Under the pieces are notes generated by a model. It saw only the letters and a program-made list of their open reading frames with translations, did not search any database and was not told where the DNA came from. This document shows, piece after piece, positions 15,022 through 15,189 of a stretch of 15,189 bases of DNA; the stretch's first letter is position 1, and the number at the start of each line of letters is the position of its first letter. Source of the stretch: Elusimicrobiota bacterium (GTDB lineage Bacteria; Elusimicrobiota; Elusimicrobia; UBA1565; UBA9628). The position numbers and the translations under genes were made by a program. The stretch spans positions 1 to 15,189 of the forward strand of contig DAHVNA010000041.1 of NCBI GenBank assembly GCA_027319565.1. The letters run 5' to 3'.

Positions 15022-15189
15022 GCGCCGGCACTTTAAGATTTTCTTTCCGGCGGGACAAACTCGTCTTTATCTTTCATGACTTTAAGCTCCTGGTGCCAGC
15101 CCTTTAAGATTTTCTTGTCCGGCGGGACAAGGAAGTGAATTGTCTGATATGCTCTTGCCCTACCGTGCCAGCCCTTTAAGATTTTCTTG
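15022..15189 (-). CRISPR. CRISPR array, trailer end, truncated by the window edge; repeat (- strand) GTCCCGCCGGACAAGAAAATCTTAAAGGGCTGGCAC
   Basis: Repeats at 15022-15056 (3 substitutions + 1 deletion), 15093-15128 (36 nt) and 15165-15189 (partial, identical over 25 nt). Unique 36-nt spacers at 15057-15092 and 15129-15164. Confidence 0.88.

Noticed and set aside
15057..15092. Possible self-targeting: spacer shares CTTTAAGCTC with the phosphoesterase gene near 8293-8302
   Set aside because: Only about 10 nt match, which is compatible with chance.

Overview
A densely coding bacterial window, mostly on the minus strand. From left to right: a sodium:solute symporter, a small membrane protein and an orphan pyrB (+); a secreted protein made of three Cys-rich InlB-B-like repeats (-); a His-rich Ni/Co transporter-like protein (+); rmuC (-); a ppk1 / ApaH-like phosphoesterase / PhoB-PhoR-like operon (-); a periplasmic sulfur module of TsdA-like diheme cytochrome c, a secreted DsrE-family protein and a ModA-like binding protein with no ABC permease, preceded by a LysR gene (-); a GIY-YIG nuclease (-); and a TetR regulator with a clear promoter and operator (-). 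A 9-codon micro-ORF (MGPKTPCGC) with a strong SD sits between tetR and a terminator. The last ~170-215 bp hold the trailer end of a CRISPR array (36-nt repeat, 36-nt spacers). Its minus-strand repeat GTCCC...TGGCAC resembles type V-B (Cas12b) repeats, but no cas genes are in the window. Four genes show a TANNNT-6nt-ATG layout that suggests leaderless transcripts. All family calls come from motif recognition by eye, not database searches.
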